DNA from: Octopus sinensis
Taxonomy: Eukaryota
Reading direction: 5' to 3'
DNA length: 64,000 bases
Assembly (NCBI RefSeq): GCF_006345805.1
Contig: NC_043007.1
Span: forward strand, 65,782,001 to 65,846,000
A program made the translations under genes and the position numbers. Numbering within the stretch: the stretch's first letter is position 1; every line of letters begins with the position of its first letter. A model generated the notes under the pieces. It had not been told where the DNA came from, made no database searches, and was given only the letters and a program-made list of their open reading frames with translations. Positions 1 through 12,058 of this stretch are shown piece after piece.

Positions 1-180
1 CCAGTTTTTAACATTTCTCTAATTTTCCGGTTCATCACTCTCACCTCTTACTCCATTTCTGTTGTTCTAGCATCATTAACAATAATTTGTTCATCACTTT
101 TCACCCTAAGTTCATTTGGTTGCATCCGTGATTCACCTATTTTATCTGTCGTCGTGTATGTAGAGAATTGTCTATTGCCT

Positions 181-345
181 CGCGTTTATTTAACATTATT
201 CACCTCATCTCATCCATTTGTATATCTGTGAACGAAATTTCTCTTTTATTACTGCGATTTATTCTATTAAGTTACCAACGGAAATATTGCGCATTATTTT
301 GTTCAACAATGACAGCATTCCTCCCACCCTCCTTTTCTCTCCTTC
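181..345 (+). repeat. Local duplication, copy 1 (copy 2 at about 1105-1370 carries a SINE-fragment insertion)
   Basis: ttattcacctcatctcatccatttgtatatctgtgaacgaaatttctctt...gcattattttgttcaacaatgacag is present twice. Confidence 0.9.
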
Positions 346-1723
346 CTTCTACCATTCTCTCTCCTCTCTCTTTCACCTCCCTCTCTCACCTTTCTCTCTC
401 TCTCTCTCTCTCTGATCGCACGTACTTCAACGGAAAACACGGTCTCCCTCCCTCTCTCTCTACATATATATACACCTACTTCCCCTTCTCTCACTTCAAA
501 TTATTTCTCTCTTTCCATAATCTTGGCAAATCCTACATCCCGAAGCTTGTTGTCCCTTGTGTCTCTTTTATCATAGAAGCAGTTTTTGTCTTTATTCTCC
601 ACTTATAATCAACTGCCATATCCGAGGTGTTATATTTAGAAAGCCTTTAAACATGCAACATCCATCAACGTACAGGGCTTGCTGCAACGATCTTTTATTA
701 CAATCTCCAGTAAATTTACTAGTACGCCTCTAATCTGTATTTATCTGAATGTCCCACAACACAATGACATCATTGTATTCTATCAGCGTCCCTGGAGGGT
801 ATCTGTAAACCACCATCCGAATAAAGTATGCTGTAATGTTTACAAATCTTTTTGTGAAGTCGGCTAGCAGTTCTGAATTGGCAGTAAATATTATTTGGAC
901 TTTAAAATAACAGAGCAGTTTAACAGTATATGTGTCTTAATGTCTCATTGGAAATATTTCAGAGACAGTAAATAAGATTTATACGCTGATGTTTGGTTTA
1001 AAATATTTTCATGACAGCATAGACCTAACTACAAGTAACCAAATAATAGTATTAAAGTAATTGAAACATACAAGATATATATATATTTATTCTCTTTTAA
1101 TCTTCGCGTTTGACGTTATTCACCTCATCTCATCCATTTGTATATCTGTGAACGAAATTTCTCTTACATTACAGCGGTTTATTCTATTAGGCTACCAACG
1201 GAAACATTAGTCTCAAATTCTGGCACAAGGCCAGCAATTTCGGGGGATAAGTGGATTACACCTCGGCGGAATTTGAACTCAGAACGTAAAGACGGACGAC
1301 ATTATCAAAGGAAATATTGAGCATTATTTTGTTCAACAATGACAGAATATCTCCCTTCATCCTTTTCTCTCTCTTCCTTTTTTCTCTTTCCTTCTCTTTC
1401 TCTCTTTTTCTCTCTGACATACACACGTGCACAGATGAGCTGGGTAGTGCAAAACCCAGGCAGGTTCCAAACTGCAGTCTTCAGTTGATAGTCACAGAGC
1501 TTTGTTCAATTTAGGATTTTAGCTATCCTTTCACTTTTACTTGCTTCAGTCATTAGAGGCCTTGAGGAATTTTAGTCAATTAATCGACCTCAGTTCTTGG
1601 GAGAGAGCGAAAAATCACCAGAAATATTTATGAAGAACAATAAATACACAACGACAGTGAGTCTAGTATAAGAATTAATTGGCAAAAAATATGCCCATCC
1701 CCAAATATGACAATGTATGTGTA

Positions 1724-1724
<1 letters not shown>

Positions 1725-1785
<61 letters not shown>

Positions 1786-1828
1786 GCTACCTACCTACTG
1801 TCTATCTATCTATCTATCTATCTATCTC

Positions 1829-1862
<34 letters not shown>

Positions 1863-1893
1863 TCTATCTATTATCTATCTACCTATCTATCTA
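1725..1893. repeat. (ATCT)n microsatellite, 5' flank of LINE
   Basis: Direct reading. Confidence 0.97.
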
Positions 1894-1900
1894 TTTTTTT

Positions 1901-1990
1901 CCAGAAATATCTGTCCCAAAAAACTATATAGAAAACCTCCTCGAAGAACACATCAAAGAAAGAGGAAGCCAAAACTTTCGACACAAGTAA
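1901..1990 (+). pseudogene. Probable C-terminus of ORF1 of the Tx1-like element
   Basis: Open frame [29 protein letters not shown] ends 57 nt before the ORF2 ATG. The call is positional inference only. Confidence 0.45.
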
Positions 1991-2047
1991 GTAAACTCTC
2001 TGTACTTTCATTTGTGTGTTTTAAAGCACACACACCCCAATAGAATC

Positions 2048-5000
2048 ATGGTCAAGATTGGTTGTGTGAATGCGCGTGGCTTGGGGTCTCCTTGGAAACA
2101 AGGATACCTCCTAAATGACATCAAGTCACATGATTTGGGAATCATAGCCATAAGTGAGACCAGACTCCACGAGCCACGGGCCCTAAAGTCCATGTTTGGC
2201 GGACAGTTTAACATTTATTTCGCTCCCTGTCTGCCGAGGATGGGTGGTAGTGGCACCGCGGTACTTTTTCACAAGAGCCTGGATCTCGAAGTCAAGACGA
2301 TATTCGTAGACCCGAGGGTAGACTGATCGTGCTGGATTTACGGCAGCAATGGGTGCGCTTTTCGACTCGTATCAGTCTACGCACCGCCCTTAACAGGTCG
2401 TGCGGATTTCTTTTCGACGTCTAGAAGTATTCTTGGGACGTCTCGTCCTTTACTCTTAGTGGGGGATTGGAATGCTACCTTGGACACGCATGTAGACTAC
2501 GTGGTAGAGACAGAAACAGAAGGGGATGCAAATGCCTCAGAGACCTGCTCAGACGATTCCAACTGTCTGACAGGTAACCGACTCGACCACCCAAATGCAC
2601 CAACGTGGACATGGAGCAACCGCAGTGGTCGTCGAGATCGTATCTAGATAGGATACTGTGTAGGACAGTAGACAAGGATAACTTAGGATGTCCACAATTC
2701 CACACAGTCAGCTACACGGATCACAAATTGGTGACGTGTACGCTAGACTTAGATAAGCACATAGACAGGGTCCTGGGTACTGGAAACTGAACGCATCATT
2801 CCCGTCCAGACAAGTTTTCAGAGACCGGATTAGCACACTAGTAAAGAGGGCTTTGACGGGAGCCATCATCAACAACAAATGTGTGTTTTGCCCTCAAGAG
2901 ATCAGTAAAAGCAGAAGCGATTAGGTACAGCAAAGCACTAGCCATAGATAGAAATAGAGTAGAGGGTGAGCTAGTTAAGAAGCTAGAAGACGCAATTAGA
3001 AGCGGAATCGCATCCGACGTTTTGGCGGCGAGGTTGGCCCTCGACCAACACTTCAACGCCAAACACGAAGGATGTGCTGTCAGAGCTAGGATGCGTGCTC
3101 TAAGGAACGAAGGTGTTGGAGCCGCGAGAGAGGCCCGGGTGGCAGAGGCGCAACAGGGCAACAAAGCCACCATTCGGTCACTGGTAGATGACAGGGGCGC
3201 GAATTGCTCGAGCCAAGTAGAATGTGTGAGGCCTTTCAGCAGCATTTTGCCCGACTGTTCGGGACGAGAGTGGAGGGCAAGAACGTAGGGTAGACTTCAG
3301 TGCCTACCTACATAGCCTGCCACGACTCTCGACAAGAAAGGCAGGGTGCTGCGAAGGTGCCTCACGGCGGCGGAAGTGCGGGAAGCGATGGCAGAATGCT
3401 CGAGGGACAAATCACCAGGTTTGGATGGTCTACCCTACGAATTTTACTATTGTATGCCAGACTTGTTTGGAGACGTCTTGGCAGCGGTATACTGCAACTG
3501 GCAGCAAAACGGGAGCATACCGTTTTGTGAGTCAAGGAGCTGTAATCTGCTGCTGAAGAAAGATCCAAACAAGGGAAACATTATAGATAACTTTAGGCCA
3601 ATCACCTGCTCAATGCAGACCTGAAAATTTTGACAAAGGTGTTAGCCAAGAGGTTGGCGCTTGTCATGGAGAACTGATCGACAACGCACAAACGTGCGCT
3701 GTGCCGGGCCGGAGCATCCATGACAACCTCCATCTGATGCGCTACAATCATAGACAGGGTAGTTAACGAACCCTGGCATGGGTGGGGCCCTGATCAACTT
3801 GGATCAATCGAAAGCCTTTGATAGGGTAGACCATCGATACTTGGAGGCGGTCCTGAGAGCGGCTGGTTTCGGTCCCGTCTTCCGCGGCTGGATAGCTGCC
3901 TTGTACAGAGGCATCCGTTCGGTAATAATTCGCGTAAATGGACATCTATCGAGACCCTTCGACATTGCACGATCGGTCCGTCAGGGATGCCCCCTCTCGG
4001 CGCTTCTATACGTATTGACTCTTGAGCCACTACTGCGGAAGCTGACGACTCTGAGGGGCATCCCGCAAGAATTAGGATGCGGGACGAGCGTGTCTGCATA
4101 CGCGGACGACGTCACCGTATAGTGTCAAGCCACGAGCACATCGAGCGGGTCGGCGAGACACTGAAACTACGAAGCGGTGACAGGAGCAACAATCAACCGG
4201 GAAAAGTCAGTGGGCTTGCGGCTCGGCACCTGGAGAAGCAAGCCCCATGCCGTCCACCAGTACCTCCGTCGTGGGACGCTGGACAGACGGCCCGGTTGAG
4301 TTGCTCGGGGTCTGGTTCGGTACCGACCTCCAAATGGAGAAGAACTGGAACGAGATACGAGTAGGGTGGTCACTCTCGCCCAGCAATGGGCCGAGAGGAA
4401 ACTGTCCCTAAAGGTCGGGCGGAGGTGGTGAACGCGTACATCGCGTCCATCATTCTACTACCGCCGACCGTCGTACCTTTTCCCGACCCTACCATCACCA
4501 AACTAGAACGCATCCTCTTCCACTTCTTGTGGAAAGGATGCGTCCCGATGGTCAGGCGATCCATTTGCTGTCAACACCCTTTAAAAGGAGGGCTGGGCAT
4601 GCCGTGGTTATGATGCGCAGACACGCGCTGAACTGCGACATCTCCGGCTCTATGTAGACGACGGTGAACAGTGTGGTCGCCGTTTGTGAGGCACGCATTC
4701 CTGCAACTCGTCTCCATGGCCGAACTACAGTCGTGGATCAAAAAGAGGCCGAGGAAGGGCGAATGGCACCGCGAGTGTCGCGTTGCTCTCAAGCAACTCT
4801 GCCGTCCCTGGTCGACCTTGAGTGACTTCAACACAAACCAAACATTCTATAGGGGATTAGTGGAGGGGAGGTACGACGACGAGCTCGGGGCACACCTGGG
4901 CGTCGACGAGGAATACCTGACCCGCCTGTTTCAAACGACTTTCGGCCGGGACCTATGGACAACTCCAACTTCCAGAGATCCCTGGCCTGGCGGTGCTACC

Positions 5001-5480
5001 GAGAAGCGCTACCCGTTCGGGATAAGCTCTATAGGCATGGCTCGAGAAACACGGGGCCGACCTGCCCGAGATGCGGTCAGAGCGACGAAACCGCTCTGCA
5101 CGCAATCGTGCAGTGTCCAGCAATTTCCGACCTGTGGGATTATGTCGAACGACTGCTGTCACGTGTGGGACGTGTCGGTTTATCAGCCGAGTCTATCGTT
5201 AATATCGTCACGCCTCCTTCCTTCAAACGGGAAGGAAGAGCTATTTTTATCATACTGTGGCTATGGCGAAAGAATGTATCTGGTGGACGCGCCTGAAAGG
5301 ATTAGAGACAAACACTTTCCTCTCTGGTCAATCTCTCATCAACTTCTCAAGTATCACTTGAAGAGGAAAGTGAGAGTAGAGAGGCAAGTTTTGTCTAGTG
5401 AATGTTTTAAAAAAAGATGGGTGAATGTAGCAAGGATGGCACGTATGAATGACGAAGCCACCTTGACTATGATTCTATGA
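2048..5480 (+). pseudogene. ORF2 (APE endonuclease, reverse transcriptase, zinc knuckle), multiply frameshifted
   Basis: MVKIGCVNARGL, ISETR, GDWN, YLDRI, TDH (APE). KSPGLDGLPYEFY, NFRPIT, LDQSKAFDRVDH, QGCPLS, YADD at 4099-4110 (RT). CPRCGQSDETALHAIVQC (CCHC). Stop at 5480. Confidence 0.92.
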
Positions 5481-5844
5481 ACCATAAAAATTAATACAGA
5501 GAGTTGCTTATTTGCAAAAAAAAAAAAAAAAAAAGAAATATAACATGTGACTTCATTGACCGAGGTTACCGTGGTCTTTTCCGTAGGCTTTTCTTTCCAC
5601 GGGTAAACCTCACCTGTCCTCCCCTTTACACTTCATATTGACATTTCTGTGATAACGATCCCTATTATTCACTTTTTTTTTCTCCCCCCCCCCTTTTAAC
5701 CCCTCCCCTTATTTTTGTCCTTTTCTTTCCTTTTACGATCCCTTTTGATCGAAAACCACCACTCTCCTTTTTTACCCCCAAAAGAAAAGCTCTATCTTGT
5801 AATTTGTTCTATCTGTGTGCCCCCGGTGGCTAATAAAGAAACAT

Positions 5845-5881
5845 ATCTATCATCTATCTATCTATCTATCTATCTATCTTC

Positions 5882-5914
<33 letters not shown>

Positions 5915-5934
5915 ATCAATCTATCTATCTATCT
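5845..5934. repeat. (ATCT)n microsatellite, 3' flank of LINE
   Basis: Direct reading; same orientation as the 5' array. Confidence 0.97.
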
Positions 5935-5936
5935 AT

Positions 5937-5971
<35 letters not shown>

Positions 5972-6052
5972 AGGGAGAAACAGAGAAACAGAGACAGGCA
6001 GACAGCCCATAACTATCTTTATCTAATTATATGTGTATGTATGTGTGTGTGT

Positions 6053-6095
<43 letters not shown>

Positions 6096-6798
6096 AACAT
6101 AGGCATGAAAGTATTGGTATCGCATTTATTATTTAGCTATGATCGTTTGAATATCTGGTGGATAAGTAAATCACGTAACATGCTGGAACATCCAATGATT
6201 AAGCAAATCCTTGCAATAGTAAAAGAATACACGAAATTGTCATTGCACCAGGATTTTGAAACACTGTGTTTCGATTGCACGTAAACGAATGCTGTTATTA
6301 ATGCAGTTATTAATGGGACTTAGAAATGTCTTTGCGATAAAATATTCTGGTTAACATATAAAAAAGGCGCACGAACTAAATGAATGCAGTATACAGAAAG
6401 ACGCATAGACTTACGAGATAACATTTACTGTGACGCCAGATTCACTAGCTCAAGCAGGTCAAATGATGGATTTTGTAGCAAAGAAGCTGAGCAGAGAGGA
6501 AGGTATTCATATCTGAGTAGCAGTAAAATACAGAGATATTCTCAAATGGACATTAATTAGAAGAAAGGGGTAAGCCCTGAAGGACATGTGCAATGGTATT
6601 ACACTATTTGAAGTGACAGTTTAATAAGGCCAGGACTTTCCTAATCATAGTATATATATATATATGTTCTAGCATGTTAATTGATTTAACTATCTCATCT
6701 GGTTTTAAAACGATCGTAACTGGATAATAAAATGATACCAATATTTTCATTTATTTATTTGTTTTATGTTACACTCTTGATAAACGTACATACATAAA

Positions 6799-6834
<36 letters not shown>

Positions 6835-6871
6835 TATATTATATTATATATTATATATATATATATATATA

Positions 6872-8055
6872 TAGGGTGCGTAAGGTATTTGAGGACATAC
6901 CTTTTTGGGGTCAAGCTGTTATTGTGGTTATAAAGACTGTGCATAGTGATTTACAAATATCTAGAGTTTTAAATGTTGCCAGATCTTTTGTCTACAAAGT
7001 TAGTAAGGAGCTGGAGACTGGAGATGGAAACGTATCACCGGTATCAAAGCATAAAAAGTATTCTAAACGCTCTGAAATCATCAGAACACCTGAATTTATT
7101 CAGCAAATTCAATAGACCATTGATTGCAATCTCAGAAAGTCCATGAGGCCAATTGCAAAAGATCTCCAAGTGTCAGAAGGAACAATCAGAAATGTTGTCC
7201 ACGAAGACATCAGATATAAGTCTAATATGATGAGGAAAGGTCAAATTGTCCGAAAAAGCAAAAGAAAATCGTTAATTCAGATCTAAAAGGCTCTTAAACA
7301 AACAGAAAAATCCAACAGAAGATTTGATTTGTTTTTTCTCAAACGAGAAAAACTTCGACCAAGATTAAAAAGTTAACAGAAGAAATGACAAATGGCTATG
7401 TGCAGACCCTACTGAAGTTCTAAGTGTTATGCATACAAAATTTCCTGAAACTGTCATGATTTTAGGGATTGTCAGCAATGAAGGACATGTGATGCCTCCT
7501 TATTTCTTTCCGCAAGGCCTTAGAATTAACTCTGCTGCCTACCTTGAGGTCCTGGAAATAATTGTTACACCTGGATAGACAGTGTATGCAATGGATGGCC
7601 GTATATGTTTCAGTAGGACTCTGCACTATCACACATGACTCTAGTAACACAGAAATGAATAGCTGAAAATTTTCCTGATCACATAACCCCTAACATTTGG
7701 CCTCCTAATTCCCCGGACTTCAGTCCATTGGACTATTACATATGGAACTGGAACATTGTTGAGAAAGAGAGGTCAATGAACACGTACACAATACCAAAGA
7801 TTCTATGAAAGCTGTCATAGTCAGAGTAATGTCAAAAATGAACCAGGACTGCATGATTCGAGCATGTAGATGATTTAGATCTCATACAGAAGCAGTTGTT
7901 GAAGCTGAAGGTGGCTTTGTTGAATAACAATATAGAAAAAAAAAAGGTTTATTTTTATCCTTATAGCATTTTTTGATAAATAAAGTTATTATCTGTTATT
8001 ATATATCTGATTTTTTATAAAAATAATTCTGTCCTCAAATATCTTACACACCATG
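6872..8055 (+). mobile_element. Full-length decayed Tc1/mariner-superfamily transposon, DD37D (maT-type)
   Basis: 26-bp imperfect TIRs at 6872-6897 and 8030-8055, with TA at left. HTH region, then FQ*DSA (D at 7617) and WPPNSPDFSPLDYY (D at 7731) separated by 37 residues. Stops and frameshifts present. Confidence 0.9.
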
Positions 8056-8131
8056 AATATATATACACATAAACATATAAACATACACATGTTTATATAT
8101 ACGTGTGTGTGTGCATATATATATGTGTGTG

Positions 8132-8197
<66 letters not shown>

Positions 8198-8208
8198 TAT
8201 GTGTGTAT

Positions 8209-8560
8209 AGGCGCAGGAGTGGCCGGTAAGTGGCTTGCTTACCAACCACTTGGTTATAGGTTCAGTCCCACTGTGTGGCAACTTGGGTAAGTGTCTTCTA
8301 CTATAGCCTCGGGCCGACTAAAGACTTGTGAGTGGATTTGGTAGACGGAAACTGAATGAAGCCCGTCGTATATACATATGTGTGTGTGTGTGCTTGTGTT
8401 TGTCCCCCCCCCCCAGATCGCTTGACAACCAATGCTAGTGTGTTTACGTCCCCGTAATTTAGCGGTTCGGCAAGAGAAACCAGTAGGCTTATTTACTCGA
8501 CTAAAGGCTCCAGCGTGGCCGCAGTCAAATGACTGGAACAAATAAAAGAATAAAAGAATA
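8209..8560 (+). mobile_element. tRNA-derived SINE family A (internal microsatellite, AAAGAAT tail)
   Basis: Head ggcgcaggagtggc...ttcagtcccactg, body gtcttctactatagcctcgggccgac, tail cagtcaaatgactg...aataaaagaata. Multi-copy in the window. Confidence 0.85.
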
Positions 8561-8603
8561 CAACTTTGTGGAGGAAAAATTATCAGGAAAGCCATTTCTA
8601 TTC

Positions 8604-8653
<50 letters not shown>

Positions 8654-9096
8654 CATATATGTACACATAATTAATATATGATAAACTTATGTATGTATAC
8701 ATTCATGTGCTGCTTTGTAAATAACTTTTAGTAGATATTTGTATTACAGATTTATAAAGTGTACTATACATAACAAACTTATAACTTTCGACTTGATTTC
8801 AGGTCAAATTTTGTTCGTTTGCTTCAGGGCACGCTGATATATGAGTCAGCATTCAATCAATATGATTAATAATTATATCTTAATTAGGCATATAAACTTA
8901 TGCGTCTTTCCCAATGCCACTGTAACGCTTGACTGATATACAATATCTCGATCCATGCTCCACGAATAATGTTATAAATAATGTTACTTCAAAATTAAAT
9001 ACAACCCGTATAATTTGCTTCAACGACTCCATGCCATGTAACGCAATTTTTAGCAATTATTTTCGTTTTGTATTTCTTGTGCGTGTTTGTGTGTAT

Positions 9097-9144
<48 letters not shown>

Positions 9145-9442
9145 GTGTATGCGTGTGTGTGTGTCTGTGTGTGCGCGCGTGCATTTAATTTTCCCTGGCT
9201 TTTCTCCCTGAAGTATAAACACGTCAAGAAGCGAGTGCATTACGCATGTCACACCAAATATATATGTGTGTGTGTATGTATGTATGTATGTATGTATATA
9301 CATGCATACACACACACACACACGCATGTATGTTTGTATTTATGCACGTACTTATGTATATGCATATGTATACGTATGTATGTATGCATATATCTTAATA
9401 TGTACAAGCATGTATATATGTGTATATATGTGGACATACATA

Positions 9443-9590
9443 TATTCTTTTATTCTTTTACTTGGTTCAGTCATTAAACTGCGGCTATGCTGGGCTTCGT
9501 CTTGAAGAAGTTTAGTCGAACGAATCGGCCCCAGTAATTATTCTAACGGTCCGTTTTGCAGAACCGCACAGTTGCATGGACGTAAACACG
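9443..9590 (-). mobile_element. SINE family A, 3' half
   Basis: Reverse complement of the family A tail. Confidence 0.8.
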
Positions 9591-9729
9591 CCGAAATCGG
9601 TTGCCAATTGGTGGTGAAGGCCAAAGAGACACAAAAACACATACTGATTGCAAGTGCAGCAGGGCAGTGGCAGTAGGAATTAATGATGAAGTGGAAGACC
9701 CAGGAACTCTCAAAATCACGTGACGCACC

Positions 9730-10325
9730 AAGCTGGTTCAGACTTTTCTTAGAAAGTGAAACTAGTCTGGAAGACAAACCAATGTCAGGGAGATCTCTTG
9801 TCGAAGATGAAGCCTTGCTTGAAATAGCTGAACAATAGCCAAGCACAAGCACTCCTACAATGTCGTAGAATTTGGGCCTTCACGATGTGAACAGTTTTTT
9901 TATGAATTGGTCAATGACCAGGCTTAACGACAGGTGAATATTTGCAAATAACTGGGATCGAAATCTTCGAGATGCACGTTTTTGGCATTGAATTGTAACT
10001 AAGGATGAAAACTGGATCTCTTTTCATAATCCTACTAAGAGAAATTAATGGTTTCGTTCCGGCGACGTTTCAGAACCTGTTTTCAAACAAGAGCTGTTTG
10101 AACAGAATGTCATGTGTGTTTGGTAGAATTTCCAAGAGGTGTTTCACTTTAACCTTGCCCCACAGTCATGCATTGAACGTTAACCTTATGTTTAACAACT
10201 ACAGCATGTATATAATGCTTCGAAAGCCCGCTATACGGTATTGGTCAATAGAAGACGCGCACTCATACAGCATGGCAATGCTCCTGCACATACTGCCAAT
10301 GTGACCAAGCACAAACTTGAGGAAT
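9730..10325 (+). pseudogene. Mariner transposase remnant
   Basis: WFRLFLESETSLEDKPMSGR (HTH), FWH*IVTKDENWISFHNP (first catalytic D motif), HGNAPAHTANVT (HDNARPH-like). Confidence 0.8.
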
Positions 10326-10423
10326 ATGAGGTTTGTTTACATCCCCATGATTCGTGGTTCGGCAAAAAAACACTATTAGCATGTAGTCAAATGACTGAAA
10401 CATGTAAGAGATGAAAGATAAAA

Positions 10424-10476
<53 letters not shown>

Positions 10477-10477
<1 letters not shown>

Positions 10478-10765
10478 TCCATGGCTTAGAGATCAGGGTG
10501 TTGCACTCACGATTGCAAGATCGTGGGTTCGATTCCTAGACTGGGCGCTCCTTGTGTTCTTGAGCGAAGCACTTCATTTCACGTTGCTCTGCGATCCTTT
10601 CGACGTGTGACAACCAGTCGTACCTGTATAGGTAATGTCGATTTGATGGAGGGAGGGAGCTTATGTCTACACAAACATTTGATCACTATAAACAAATCAT
10701 CTGTGTGTTGTTCGGTAAGAAATTGTCGAAACCTCATATGTCGTCTAACGACGGGAGAGTCCATT
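10477..10765 (+). mobile_element. tRNA-derived SINE (head D type, distinct tail)
   Basis: A-box-like tggcttagaga, B box ggttcgattcc, then tgttcttgagcgaagcacttcatttcacgttgctc shared with 21729. Confidence 0.7.
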
Positions 10766-11053
10766 ATATATATATGTATATAGATGTATATATATGTATA
10801 TATATATATATATATATAATATTATATATAATATATTATATATATAACATAGTTATTGGTACGGGATTATCAATCCGTGCAAAGTACTTCATAAACTCTG
10901 TTGGCGACTAGGCAAACCATAGTGTTTAGCTTAGTAAAGAACACCAAAAATTCTTATGGCGGGGTTCCGAGGTTATAGTTCATCACCATTCTATGTGGTA
11001 AATCCGTGTCTGCCCTCCAGTTGAACTGGTTTTTACACAGTGATATACAAACA

Positions 11054-11240
11054 AGGTATAAAATAGTGACCATTACGTATTTTCCCTTTCTTGGAGTAAA
11101 TTTGGCCGACAGCTGTTTCCTGTCTGATCAGTAGACCAATTGAGAAACCTATCAGTAGCGAACCTATTATAGATATTGGAATCAGCTGTGCGCCAAATGT
11201 ACTCCAATAAAGGAAAAGTATATGACCATTACTTATACCC
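11054..11240. mobile_element. Small MITE-like inverted-repeat element
   Basis: Imperfect inverted repeat of about 36 bp at 11080-11115 / 11183-11217. Confidence 0.5.
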
Positions 11241-11876
11241 TTCTCATATATATATATATATAACTATATTCAAAGATAAATGTATTCTAGCCATTGTCTT
11301 ATAGTTCAGTCTATCTAAGCCTGTATTTGGGAATTAGTGAATAAATTAAAATGTTCTGCTGTAAATCTAATAAAGTAGTTAATATTGAAAAGAGATAATT
11401 AAAAATTAATGATTAATTATTTAGGAATTTCATAATAATGAAATTTAGAAATTAAAAATTTGAAGTTATAATAATATTATTCTAATTATTAACAATGGGA
11501 CAGGACAAATTTTATGGGAACTATCGAGAATTGCAGGATATGGGGTGTATGTTGGAAAGAATAACAATCTGAGAAAGTCAAATATGGAAATGGCAAGTGA
11601 AATAGTAATGAAAATAAAAATAAAATTGTAATAAACATAGAAAATAAATATAATTAAATAATGAAAAATAAAACCAATTTCGTTTTCTTGTTTCATTGGT
11701 TTATGGTTTTAATCCAAAATAATGAAAAAATAATAATGAAACGTATAACTAAACCGTGTTGTACATATATGTGTGCGTGTGTATATGTATATTCATATAT
11801 ATATACATGTGTGTTTGTGTTTGTGTTTGTAATACATCATAATAACAGATAGAAAAGTAACTGATATATATTGGTT

Positions 11877-12058
11877 TGAAATTTTGGCACAAGGCCAGCA
11901 ATTTTGGGGTGGGAGGTAAATTGATTTCATCGACCCCAATGCTCAACTGGTACTTATTTTATCGATCCCAAAAGAGTTGTAAGGGAGAGAGGGCCTCGGC
12001 AGAATTTGAACTCAGAACATAAAGACTGGACGAAATGCCACTAAGCATTTAGCACATT
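11877..12058 (-). mobile_element. SINE family B
   Basis: tggcacaaggccagcaattttgggg...cctcggcagaatttgaactcagaac...gaaatgccactaagcattt. Confidence 0.8.

Larger units (their letters stand above)
1901..5844 (+). mobile_element. 5'-truncated non-LTR retrotransposon, L1/Tx1 clade (ORF1 tail, ORF2, 3' UTR)
   Basis: APE endonuclease, RT and C-terminal CCHC motifs in order across frames. 3' UTR has AATAAA at 5832-5837 and no poly(A) tail. Both ends abut (ATCT)n. Confidence 0.93.
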
